From IMG/VR virus record IMGVR_UViG_3300045988_165521: 64,000 bases of DNA. One strand, 5' to 3'. Positions within the stretch are counted from its first letter, which is position 1. Every line of letters starts with the position of its first letter. Made by a program: the position numbers and the translations under genes. This DNA is from a virus. Positions 42,388-50,421 of the stretch are shown here, piece by piece. A model generated the notes under the pieces. The model saw only the letters and a program-made list of their open reading frames with translations, had not been told where the DNA came from and made no database searches.

Positions 42388-42705
42388 ATGTTTACTTTTA
42401 TTATTCTTTATTTTTTAAACTTAGTTCTAGATTATCCATTGCAAGGAACATTTCTTGCAGAATATAAATGTAAAAATAATTATATTTTATTTGTTCATTG
42501 TGCTATTTGGGCATTAGGTATTTATATTGCTTTATATTTTCTAGGGCTAGCTACAGTTTGGAAACTTGTAATGTTATTAGTTGGACATTATCTTATTGAC
42601 TACTGGAAATGTAGAGGCTTATATAAGAAATATATGAAAGACTTTACCGCTTATTATATTGATCAAAGTCTTCATATTGTTCAGGTTCTACTTTGTTTAA
42701 TATAA
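42388..42705 (+). CDS. membrane protein (105 aa)
   Basis: ORF-track ORF with three hydrophobic segments. Confidence 0.55.
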   Translation: MFTFIILYFLNLVLDYPLQGTFLAEYKCKNNYILFVHCAIWALGIYIALYFLGLATVWKLVMLLVGHYLIDYWKCRGLYKKYMKDFTAYYIDQSLHIVQVLLCLI

Positions 42706-42732
42706 AACAAGTTCTATAAAAACTTGTTTTTT

Positions 42733-42821
42733 GGAGAGTTGGGGGAGTTGGCTTAACCCATCGTCCTGCTAAGACGACGTACCTCAAAAGGGTGCCACTA
42801 GTTCGAATCTAGTACTCTCCG
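42733..42821 (+). tRNA. tRNA-Ser(GCT), class II
   Basis: Acceptor GGAGAGT/ACTCTCC. Anticodon arm is TCGTC-CTGCTAA-GACGA, with a long variable arm. Confidence 0.9.
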
Positions 42822-42836
42822 CAAATTTAAAATAAC

Positions 42837-43103
42837 ATGAGTAAACTAATAATTAATAAACATCAAATTTGTTATATACCAGAATACAATTTATATTTAC
42901 AGAGAGTAGGAGTAGATAATACAAGCGTTCGTCATACTTGTGAACGTATATGTTCGATTTATCAGATCTGTAGGTATGGTTATTGTCGTAATAAGACTAT
43001 AGACCCACATTATGGTAATCATGGTTGCGCAGATAACGGAGAGCAAGACGCTTATAAAATTATTTGTTATAGAATATACTTAGAACCTATAGAATGGAAA
43101 TAG
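42837..43103 (+). CDS. Cys-rich YRI-tail family protein
   Basis: Ends ...AYKIICYRIYLEPIEWK and starts 16 nt after tRNA-Ser. Confidence 0.6.
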   Translation: MSKLIINKHQICYIPEYNLYLQRVGVDNTSVRHTCERICSIYQICRYGYCRNKTIDPHYGNHGCADNGEQDAYKIICYRIYLEPIEWK

Positions 43104-43852
43104 CAAATTTAAAGGTATATAATGATAATATGCGAAAATCACTTTTAGATAAAGCATATTTTCTATCTTTTGTAGATTCGGATACGTTCATTGATTTTGG
43201 ATGTGCTGATGGATCTTTATTAAAATATATTCATGAGATGTTTCCTGATAAGAAACTAATTGGATATGATATATCTCCTGAAATGCTTCAAGTTGCAGAA
43301 AAGAATCTTGAAGGATGTAATGTTTCTTTATATAATAATTTTGAAAACGTTATATCCTTAAAGTTAGATAATGCTACTTTAATACTTTCTTCTGTTATTC
43401 ATGAAGTTTATAGTTACGGTGATAATCAAAGTGTAAATGAATTTTGGAGACAAGTTTTTAATGAAAACTTTAGATATATTGCTATTCGAGATTTAACTCC
43501 TCGAAAATCAATTGATAGAATGTCTGATATTAATGATGTTTCTAGAGTTTTACATAATGCTAATCCCACACATTTAGCTGAGTTTCAATCTATTTGGGGA
43601 AATATTAGTAACAATAAAAATCTAGTTCATTTCCTTATGAAATATAAATGGGTTGAAAATTGGGCTAGAGAAGTTAGAGAAAATTATTTTCCAATAACTA
43701 TCGAAGAGTTTTTATCAAAAGTTCCTAATAACTATGTTATTGATTATTTTTACGAATTTATTATGCCTCAAACTCAGCAAGGAATTCTTAAAGATTTTAA
43801 TATCCTATTAAAGGATACAACACACTTCAAATGCATTTTAAGAAAAATATAA
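43094..43852 (+). CDS. SAM-dependent methyltransferase
   Basis: Motif I is FIDFGCADGS, followed by a class I methyltransferase-like layout. Confidence 0.7.
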   Translation: MEIANLKVYNDNMRKSLLDKAYFLSFVDSDTFIDFGCADGSLLKYIHEMFPDKKLIGYDISPEMLQVAEKNLEGCNVSLYNNFENVISLKLDNATLILSSVIHEVYSYGDNQSVNEFWRQVFNENFRYIAIRDLTPRKSIDRMSDINDVSRVLHNANPTHLAEFQSIWGNISNNKNLVHFLMKYKWVENWAREVRENYFPITIEEFLSKVPNNYVIDYFYEFIMPQTQQGILKDFNILLKDTTHFKCILRKI

Positions 43853-43853
43853 T

Positions 43854-44144
43854 ATGAAAGTAGTACAAGTAAATGTGGATTACACTGAAGAAGTTAATTC
43901 TTCGAATAAGAATTGGTTAAATTCTGATTCTAGGCATTGTGATATCTTAGTTAGAAGTGATGATGCAGAAACTATTAAGTATAGTGGAACTTTATCTCAA
44001 TCACAAGTAGAACATATCGTGTTTCTAATTCAAGATAATTATTCTGGAAAAGATATTAAAGATCAAATTATCGAATATGAAGTTCAAAATCTATCTCCTA
44101 CAGTAACTTCTCAGATTGGAGATCCTGAATTTTTAGAAGAATAA
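43854..44144 (+). CDS. hypothetical protein (96 aa)
   Basis: ORF-track ORF. Confidence 0.55.
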   Translation: MKVVQVNVDYTEEVNSSNKNWLNSDSRHCDILVRSDDAETIKYSGTLSQSQVEHIVFLIQDNYSGKDIKDQIIEYEVQNLSPTVTSQIGDPEFLEE

Positions 44145-44166
44145 TAGAGAGATTTACTCTCTATTT

Positions 44167-44254
44167 GCCCTCGTGATGGAACTGGCAGACATGCCGCTCT
44201 TAGAAAGCGGTCTGAAGTAATAGTAGGGTGCAGGTTCAAATCCTGTCGAGGGCA
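44167..44254 (+). tRNA. tRNA-Leu(TAG), class II
   Basis: Acceptor GCCCTCG/CGAGGGC. Anticodon arm is CCGCT-CTTAGAA-AGCGG, with a long variable arm. Confidence 0.9.
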
Positions 44255-44298
44255 CTCTAATAGCTTCCTATCTTGGAGGCATTTTCTATTTTATAGAT

Positions 44299-45042
44299 AT
44301 GTTTAAGTTTATTAAAAAGATGTTTAACAATAGAAATATTCTAACTAAAAACTTATATAAAGTAAAGTTAGATAAATATGATGAAGCTCTGATTATTATT
44401 TGTAAAGCTTTAGGAGTAAACTTACTAAAAGCAAATTTCTTCCATATAGATTCTTATACAAAAGTAATGAAATCATATGGCTCTTTGATAACTATTATTG
44501 ATTTTGATAATGCTATTGATTTAATTTTTGGTAATTTAAGTTCTAAAAGAAATCATGACGAAATTGTTTTACAATACATGATTAAGGTTATGCAGCTTCC
44601 TTCTAGTGTTATTGATAATGATAGATTTTATCGTAGTATTCATAGGACCTTTAATAAGATTTCTGTGTATTATTCTAAAGAAGATAAATTTACATGGTTT
44701 CAAGAATATTGTCAAAAATTTATAAAACCTGAATGGTCTAATTCTTTTTGCTTTTACTATAAATCTGCAGAATTTTATGTAACTTTTTATCAAGGATATT
44801 TTAAATATAAACGTAAACAGGAAGACTATCGAAGAAAAAGTAGAGAGAATTATCAATCTCAAAAACAACCTAATATAAATGAGTATTATAGAATACTTGG
44901 AATTAATATTACTAAAGATAAGGCTATTATCAAAACTGCTTATCGTAAGTTGTGTTTTCAGTATCATCCTGATAAAGGAGGCTCTAAGGAAAAGTTTATT
45001 GAAATTAATCAAGCATATGAATATTTAATTACACATGTCTAA
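44299..45042 (+). CDS. J-domain (DnaJ-like) protein
   Basis: C-terminal YYRILGINITKDKAIIKTAYRKLCFQYHPDKGGSKEKFIEINQAYEYL contains the HPD motif. Confidence 0.8.
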   Translation: MFKFIKKMFNNRNILTKNLYKVKLDKYDEALIIICKALGVNLLKANFFHIDSYTKVMKSYGSLITIIDFDNAIDLIFGNLSSKRNHDEIVLQYMIKVMQLPSSVIDNDRFYRSIHRTFNKISVYYSKEDKFTWFQEYCQKFIKPEWSNSFCFYYKSAEFYVTFYQGYFKYKRKQEDYRRKSRENYQSQKQPNINEYYRILGINITKDKAIIKTAYRKLCFQYHPDKGGSKEKFIEINQAYEYLITHV

Positions 45043-45295
45043 AATGTATAAATTAATGAGTCTTAAAGGCTATAACGGGCCTGAAGATGTAATAAAACTT
45101 CAAGAATGGTTAGCTATAGAAAAACAAATATTTATTGAGACAAGAGTGTGTTGGAATAAAGAAGGAACTTTCCCTATTGGATATAGTGCAAGAGCTTGGA
45201 TGCCTCCGTATATATTATATACAGTAGCTCCAACAGAATTAACTATTGAAGAAGCAGTTATGGCAATTCTAGCAAGAATTTATGATTATATTTAA
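45035..45295 (+). CDS. hypothetical protein (86 aa)
   Basis: ORF-track ORF. Confidence 0.55.
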   Translation: MSKMYKLMSLKGYNGPEDVIKLQEWLAIEKQIFIETRVCWNKEGTFPIGYSARAWMPPYILYTVAPTELTIEEAVMAILARIYDYI

Positions 45296-45303
45296 ATAAT
45301 CTT

Positions 45304-45347
45304 GCTCCCGTAGTTCAAGGGATAGAAATTAATTTTTGATTCGAACT
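45304..45347 (+). pseudogene. tRNA 5' fragment (acceptor 5' strand plus D arm only)
   Basis: GCTCCCG-TA-GTTC-AAGGGATA-GAA... is present, but I found no matching 3' strand CGGGAGC or T arm downstream. It is followed by a promoter-like box and an HNH gene. Confidence 0.35.
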
Positions 45348-45370
45348 TTGTATTTTTAATAAAATTTTTG

Positions 45371-45378
45371 TATCTTTG
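45371..45378 (+). promoter_or_regulatory. Bacteroidota-type -7 box candidate (TAnnTTTG)
   Basis: TATCTTTG lies 28 nt upstream of the HNH copy 2 ATG. The 16-mer context AAATTTGTATCTTTG recurs at about 60586-60600. Confidence 0.35.
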
Positions 45379-45405
45379 TGTACGAAAATTTTAAATATAA
45401 AATAT

Positions 45406-46017
45406 ATGATAAGTTGAAAATTAGAAAAAGAAAATTTAATTAAGTTCCTTATTGATGAAAAATTAAGTTTTGAAGAAGTAGGTCGTAAGTATAAATGTAG
45501 TGGTAGCAATATTAGAAAAGTAGCACAACGTTTAAATATAATTGTTCCTTCTAGAAGAGCAGTAAATCCATGCGAAACTTTTAGAAGAGGAACTGCTAAA
45601 AAAGGTATCTGTAAGAACTGTGGAAAAGAATTTATATTATATTTATCTCATAGCGGAATTTATTGTAGTAGTAAATGTCAACAAGAGTACCAATCTAAGA
45701 AAAGATATGAATTAATTCTTAATGGAGATCCTTCTATTATGAGAGCTAATTATAACCCTAGATCATCTAAGAAGTATATATTAGAGGAACAGAATAATAA
45801 ATGTGCCATTTGTGGGATGGAACCCAGTTGAAATGGGAAAGAGTTAGTTTTTATTTTAGATCATATTGACGGTCATGCTTCTAATAATAAAAGAGATAAT
45901 TTAAGATGTATATGTCCTAATTGCGATTCTCAGTTGGATACTTACAAATCTAAAAATAAAAACGGAGACAGATATTATTATAGATACTATAAAAGTAGGA
46001 GTGACCAGAATGGATAA
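45406..46017 (+). mobile_element. HNH homing-endonuclease-like gene, copy 2 (203 aa, two in-frame TGA)
   Basis: Contains MIS[W]KLEKENLIKF...CAICGMEPS[W]NGKELVFILDHIDGHASNNKRDNLRCICPNC. Its last 23 nt overlap the downstream tRNA. Confidence 0.75.
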
Positions 46018-46081
46018 TGGACCAGACTTCTAATCTGGCGAGCTGCAATGCTCATTGCGGGTTCGACTCCCGCCTCCTATA
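45995..46081 (+). tRNA. class II (long variable arm) tRNA with anticodon TCT
   Basis: Acceptor GTAGGAG/CTCCTAT (G1-U72). It has a Ser-like 3-bp D stem, anticodon arm CCAGA-CTTCTAA-TCTGG, an 18-nt variable arm with stem GAGC/GCTC, and T arm GCGGG-TTCGACT-CCCGC. Confidence 0.75.
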
Positions 46082-46097
46082 CTAAATAAATATAACT

Positions 46098-46370
46098 ATG
46101 ATATTATATAAAGTTCAGAAATACTTTCCTACAGATTTTTCACAAAATTTTATAGAATGTAATATTTGTTCTATAGACAATTTTGAAAGAGAAAGTATAA
46201 AACATGCTATTCGCGATGGTCTTAAACCACATATTTGTTCAGGCATGTGTAGAGAATGTAATAATTTTATAGGTTTGATTGGAGTAGATCTTGAAAAACG
46301 AACAGGAACTGTAATATGTTCTCATAAAAATTATTACAGACTTGAATTTGATGAAAACGAAGGTGCATAA
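46098..46370 (+). CDS. Cys-rich small protein with a YRI-like tail (YYRLEFDENEGA)
   Basis: ORF-track ORF that starts 17 nt after the TCT tRNA. Confidence 0.55.
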   Translation: MILYKVQKYFPTDFSQNFIECNICSIDNFERESIKHAIRDGLKPHICSGMCRECNNFIGLIGVDLEKRTGTVICSHKNYYRLEFDENEGA

Positions 46371-46380
46371 ATTATTATAT

Positions 46381-47238
46381 ATGAAATTATACGATTCAAC
46401 TGAAAACACATTTCATTGGGAAAAATTAGATTTAATCCCTGAAATAGAAAAACTAAAACGAATACCTCAAAATGAAATATGGCACAAAGAGGGTAATGCT
46501 TTTGTACATACTTGTATGGTTGTACAAAGTGCATTAGATCATATTTCAAATGAAACTATTGATTATTTAGCATCACCTGAAATTAGAGAAATTTTAGTAT
46601 ATGCTGCTTTATTGCATGATGTTGGCAAAGCTTTTACAACAAAGAAAGGAGAAGATGGCCTATATCATGCAAGTAACCATGCAATTAAAAGTGCAGAAAT
46701 TGCAAAAGATTTATTAGTTAAGTTAGAAGTAGATAAACATTTACATACAGCAATTATTTCATTAGTTCGCTGGCATATGCAGCCTATGTATATTCTTGAA
46801 CAGACAAATCCTGAAAAAGCTATACTAAAACTAGCTAATAATCTTAATGAAGTAAATGTAGAACTTTTAATTCTACTAAAACAATGTGATTGTGAAGGTT
46901 CAATCTACGATAAGGATGATCATCGAGACGAAATACTCCAAAAGGTAAGAGAGATTTATTATGATAAAATTACTTACAAACGTGGAGAAACCGTTAAAAT
47001 TACTAAGTTATCAGATAATGATACTTGTAGTTATGTTCCAGGACATCATCCTAATGGAATTAATACTGGATATGAAAAAATAGGTAGGCTAATTGAACCT
47101 ATTACAAAAGGACATAGAGTATATCTAGGACTTGGATTCTCTACATCTCCTGTTGTAGAAATTGTTAGCAAAAATTGTTTTAAAACAAGAAATTCTGTAT
47201 ATGAAATTACAGAAGTTTGTAAAACTACAGAAAAATAA
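46381..47238 (+). CDS. HD-domain phosphohydrolase (resembles the HD domain of CCA-adding enzymes)
   Basis: Contains IPQNEIWHKEGNAFVHTCMV...AALLHDVGK. The track start 46342 overlaps the previous gene; an ATG is at 46381. Confidence 0.7.
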   Translation: MKLYDSTENTFHWEKLDLIPEIEKLKRIPQNEIWHKEGNAFVHTCMVVQSALDHISNETIDYLASPEIREILVYAALLHDVGKAFTTKKGEDGLYHASNHAIKSAEIAKDLLVKLEVDKHLHTAIISLVRWHMQPMYILEQTNPEKAILKLANNLNEVNVELLILLKQCDCEGSIYDKDDHRDEILQKVREIYYDKITYKRGETVKITKLSDNDTCSYVPGHHPNGINTGYEKIGRLIEPITKGHRVYLGLGFSTSPVVEIVSKNCFKTRNSVYEITEVCKTTEK

Positions 47239-47249
47239 AATTTAATATA

Positions 47250-48029
47250 ATGCGTTATTTATTAGTAAAAACCGAAAACATGCCTATTTTGGCTCTGGCT
47301 CTTGGAAGTCTAGATTACAAAGCTGGAAACTCACCTATTTTTCCTATTGCATTTGGAGAATTCTCAATTTTAATTGATAAGGAGGATAAAACATTCTTCT
47401 ATGTTAAAGGTCGAAAAGAAATTGATAAATTTGTTGAAGATCATGCTAAAATCTATACAACTAATGATTTATCACATGCTCTTGAATTTCTTAAGGAAGA
47501 CGAAGATGAGGAAACCGATAAGTCTGAAGAAGATAAAGAGGAGATCGATCTTAAAACTATTTTTGAACATCCTTTAATGCAGGTTTTTAGTCGGCATATT
47601 CCTAAAGAGATTTTGGCTAAGTGTATTATGGAAGCTAAAGAAGAACGAGAACAGGAAGAAGAAAACGCTGCAGAGGAAAAATCTGAAGATAAAGAGTCTA
47701 ACTTCCATAAAGAGTTGGTACCTGGACGAATCGTTCAGTTTGAAAATGCAGGTATGATTCGGTATGGAATTGTACTTAGTAATGGTACAGTAATGCACTT
47801 TTCAGGAAGTAATTTAGCTGCTTCAGGATATATTAATAATATTACTGAAGATCGTCCTTATAGAGTTGTACGTATTCTTAAGCCTACAAGTAAATATTAC
47901 AATCTAAAGGATGTAAGTAATATGGAAGTAGCTTGGGAACGTAAAGTTCGCAAACCTAAAGTTACTAAAACAATAACCGAGATTGAAAAGGAATTAGGGC
48001 TTGCTCCTGGTTCGTTAGTCATTGAATAA
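47250..48029 (+). CDS. hypothetical protein with an acidic central region (259 aa)
   Basis: ORF-track ORF. Confidence 0.65.
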   Translation: MRYLLVKTENMPILALALGSLDYKAGNSPIFPIAFGEFSILIDKEDKTFFYVKGRKEIDKFVEDHAKIYTTNDLSHALEFLKEDEDEETDKSEEDKEEIDLKTIFEHPLMQVFSRHIPKEILAKCIMEAKEEREQEEENAAEEKSEDKESNFHKELVPGRIVQFENAGMIRYGIVLSNGTVMHFSGSNLAASGYINNITEDRPYRVVRILKPTSKYYNLKDVSNMEVAWERKVRKPKVTKTITEIEKELGLAPGSLVIE

Positions 48030-48056
48030 GAGGGATTAATTCCCTCTTTTTGTTTT
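48029..48056 (+). terminator. rho-independent terminator
   Basis: Hairpin AGAGGGA-ttaat-TCCCTCT followed by a T-run. Confidence 0.7.
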
Positions 48057-48063
48057 TATAAGT

Positions 48064-48201
48064 ATGGGTAAGTTTATTCGGGATTATCAAGTTGGTAAGA
48101 CATTTAGTAAAGAAGAGGAAACTTTTAAGCCTAATCGTAAAAAGGTAAAAAAGTTTAAAGACCCTGAAAAACGTGAAAAGAAACAATCTAAAAAAGATTA
48201 A
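48064..48201 (+). CDS. small Lys-rich protein (45 aa, below cutoff)
   Basis: Translation is MGKFIRDYQVGKTFSKEEETFKPNRKKVKKFKDPEKREKKQSKKD. Confidence 0.35.
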   Translation: MGKFIRDYQVGKTFSKEEETFKPNRKKVKKFKDPEKREKKQSKKD

Positions 48202-48204
48202 AAG

Positions 48205-49245
48205 ATGACATATGGATTGAACGATATTTGTTTAGTACCTGCTAGGATTAGTGATATTGAACATCGTGAACAATGTAATCCATATAATGCTGATAATATG
48301 CTCCCGTTGTTTACTGCTCCTATGAGTTCAGTAATTAACGAGAGCAATTATCAGGTATTTATGGATAATAAAATAAATACTATAATTCCTCGTTCAGTAG
48401 ATTTATCTACTAGATATGAGTTAATGTCAAAAACTTTTGTGGCCTTAAGTTTATCTGAATTTGAAACATTTGCAGGTCTAGAATTAGGTGAAATTAAGGA
48501 GGAAGAAATATTTTATATATGCGTAGATATTGCTAATGGTCATATGCGTAAGCTTATTGATCTTTGTAAATCTGTAAAACAGAAATATGGAGGTCATGTT
48601 ATACTAATGGCAGGCAATATTGCAAATCCTGATACTTATATAGATTATGCCTTAGCTGGTATTGATTTTGTACGTGTTGGAATTGGTGGTGGATCAGTAT
48701 GTACTACTTCTGCAAATGGAGGAGTTCATTATGCTATGGCTTCTTTAATTAAAGAGGTTGTAGATCGTAAGTGGGAGATAGAAAAAGCAATTAAAGATGC
48801 AGAAGCTATGCGTATTTCCCATAAATATGAGTCTTTGCCATTTATTGTAGCTGATGGAGGATTTGATAATTATGATAAGATTATTAAAGCGTTAGCATTA
48901 GGTGCAGATTATGTAATGGTAGGCAAAATCTTTGCTCAAGCAGAAGAAGCTTGTGGTAAAGTAATAGAACATTGGGTACGAGGAGAGTATATTGCTCGAG
49001 ACCGAGTTTATTATGGGATGTCTACTAAAAAAGCTCAAGTAGAAACTGGAAGTCAAAAATTAAAAACAGCAGAAGGAATAGAAGTTACAGTACCTATTTT
49101 GTATCCTTTAAGTGGATGGTGTGAGAATTTTGTTCATTATCTTCGATCAATGATGAGTTATACAAACTCTTTTACACTTAGTGATTTTAAAAATACAGAA
49201 TATCGTATTGTTAGTCCTTCTGAATATTTATCATATTATAAGTAA
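48205..49245 (+). CDS. guaC: GMP reductase / IMP dehydrogenase-family enzyme
   Basis: 346 aa. Contains ICVDIANGH, VGIGGGSVCTT (catalytic Cys loop) and VADGG...GADYVMVG. The size and motif order match GuaC. Confidence 0.8.
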   Translation: MTYGLNDICLVPARISDIEHREQCNPYNADNMLPLFTAPMSSVINESNYQVFMDNKINTIIPRSVDLSTRYELMSKTFVALSLSEFETFAGLELGEIKEEEIFYICVDIANGHMRKLIDLCKSVKQKYGGHVILMAGNIANPDTYIDYALAGIDFVRVGIGGGSVCTTSANGGVHYAMASLIKEVVDRKWEIEKAIKDAEAMRISHKYESLPFIVADGGFDNYDKIIKALALGADYVMVGKIFAQAEEACGKVIEHWVRGEYIARDRVYYGMSTKKAQVETGSQKLKTAEGIEVTVPILYPLSGWCENFVHYLRSMMSYTNSFTLSDFKNTEYRIVSPSEYLSYYK

Positions 49246-50420
49246 TGGCAGAGATAATTTATTGTAAATTAACTGAAACTAGATCTCGAAGAACTTGGCA
49301 AATATTGCCTAAGCAGTATTTTCCTGACAAAACTCCTGTTTATGAATTAGCTGTATCTATTTCTCAGTATACAATTGATAGGGTACAACATCCTTTTGAT
49401 TGTATAGTTGGATTATATGCTAAACAGCTAAATTTTGCATCAACACAAAAGTATTATTCTTATTCTGGAGACGTATATTCAATAGCGGATAATCCTGAGG
49501 CAGATTCTGGATATCAAAAATACCTTAAAAATAGGGATAAGACTCCTGAAGAAATAGAAGAGGAAGAAGCTAAATTAAAGTCAAAAGTTTTATATCAAAT
49601 TAAAAATAATCCTGATATAGTTCCTATGTCTATTGATAAAGATGGTTTCTATATTAAGGATGAAACTTTTTATCTACTTACTCGAAATATTTATAAACGT
49701 GTAAATACAATGCTAACTGGTCCTACTGGATCTGGTAAAACACAAGTAGTAGAATTAATTTGTAAGCAATTAGGACTTCCTTGTACTATTTATGATATGG
49801 GTGCCATGCATGATCCTATATCAGACTTACTTGGTGTTCATCGTCTCGAAGAGGGGAAGTCTATCTTCGACTATGCTAAATTTACTCAAGATGTTCAAAA
49901 ACCTGGAGTTATTGTTTTAGATGAGCTGTCGCGTGCGCCTGCTACCTGCCTCAATATACTTTTTCCTGCTCTTGACCATCGTAGGACTTTGCCTGTAGAA
50001 ATTGCAGGTTCTAAGGATATTCGTGAAATTCCTATTCATCCTGAAGTATGCTTTATATCAACTTGTAATATTGGTATTGAATATACTGGTACCTCAACTC
50101 TTGATAAAGCATTAAAGAATCGTTTCTTCCCAATTGAATTTACATATCTTCCTGCAGACATTGAAGCTCGAGTTCTCATGAAGAGATGTGATATTGAGAA
50201 ACAGGATGCTGATATGATTACTTCTATTGCTGCTAAACTTCGTAGGATGGCAGAAAATGCAGAGGCTGCAACTACAGTATCAACTCGAGAAACTTTAATG
50301 ATTGCAGAATTAATTCATGATGGATGGTCAACATTAGATGCATTAAATTATGTATTAATTCCACTATGTGATAGTAAAGAGTCTCGAGAATTAGTACGAA
50401 AATTGTTAATGAGTAAATAA
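49245..50420 (+). CDS. AAA (MoxR/CobS-like, AAA_5-type) ATPase
   Basis: Walker A is TGPTGSGKT and Walker B is VIVLDELSRA. It is adjacent to a vWA partner gene. Confidence 0.8.
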   Translation: MAEIIYCKLTETRSRRTWQILPKQYFPDKTPVYELAVSISQYTIDRVQHPFDCIVGLYAKQLNFASTQKYYSYSGDVYSIADNPEADSGYQKYLKNRDKTPEEIEEEEAKLKSKVLYQIKNNPDIVPMSIDKDGFYIKDETFYLLTRNIYKRVNTMLTGPTGSGKTQVVELICKQLGLPCTIYDMGAMHDPISDLLGVHRLEEGKSIFDYAKFTQDVQKPGVIVLDELSRAPATCLNILFPALDHRRTLPVEIAGSKDIREIPIHPEVCFISTCNIGIEYTGTSTLDKALKNRFFPIEFTYLPADIEARVLMKRCDIEKQDADMITSIAAKLRRMAENAEAATTVSTRETLMIAELIHDGWSTLDALNYVLIPLCDSKESRELVRKLLMSK

Positions 50421-50421
50421 T

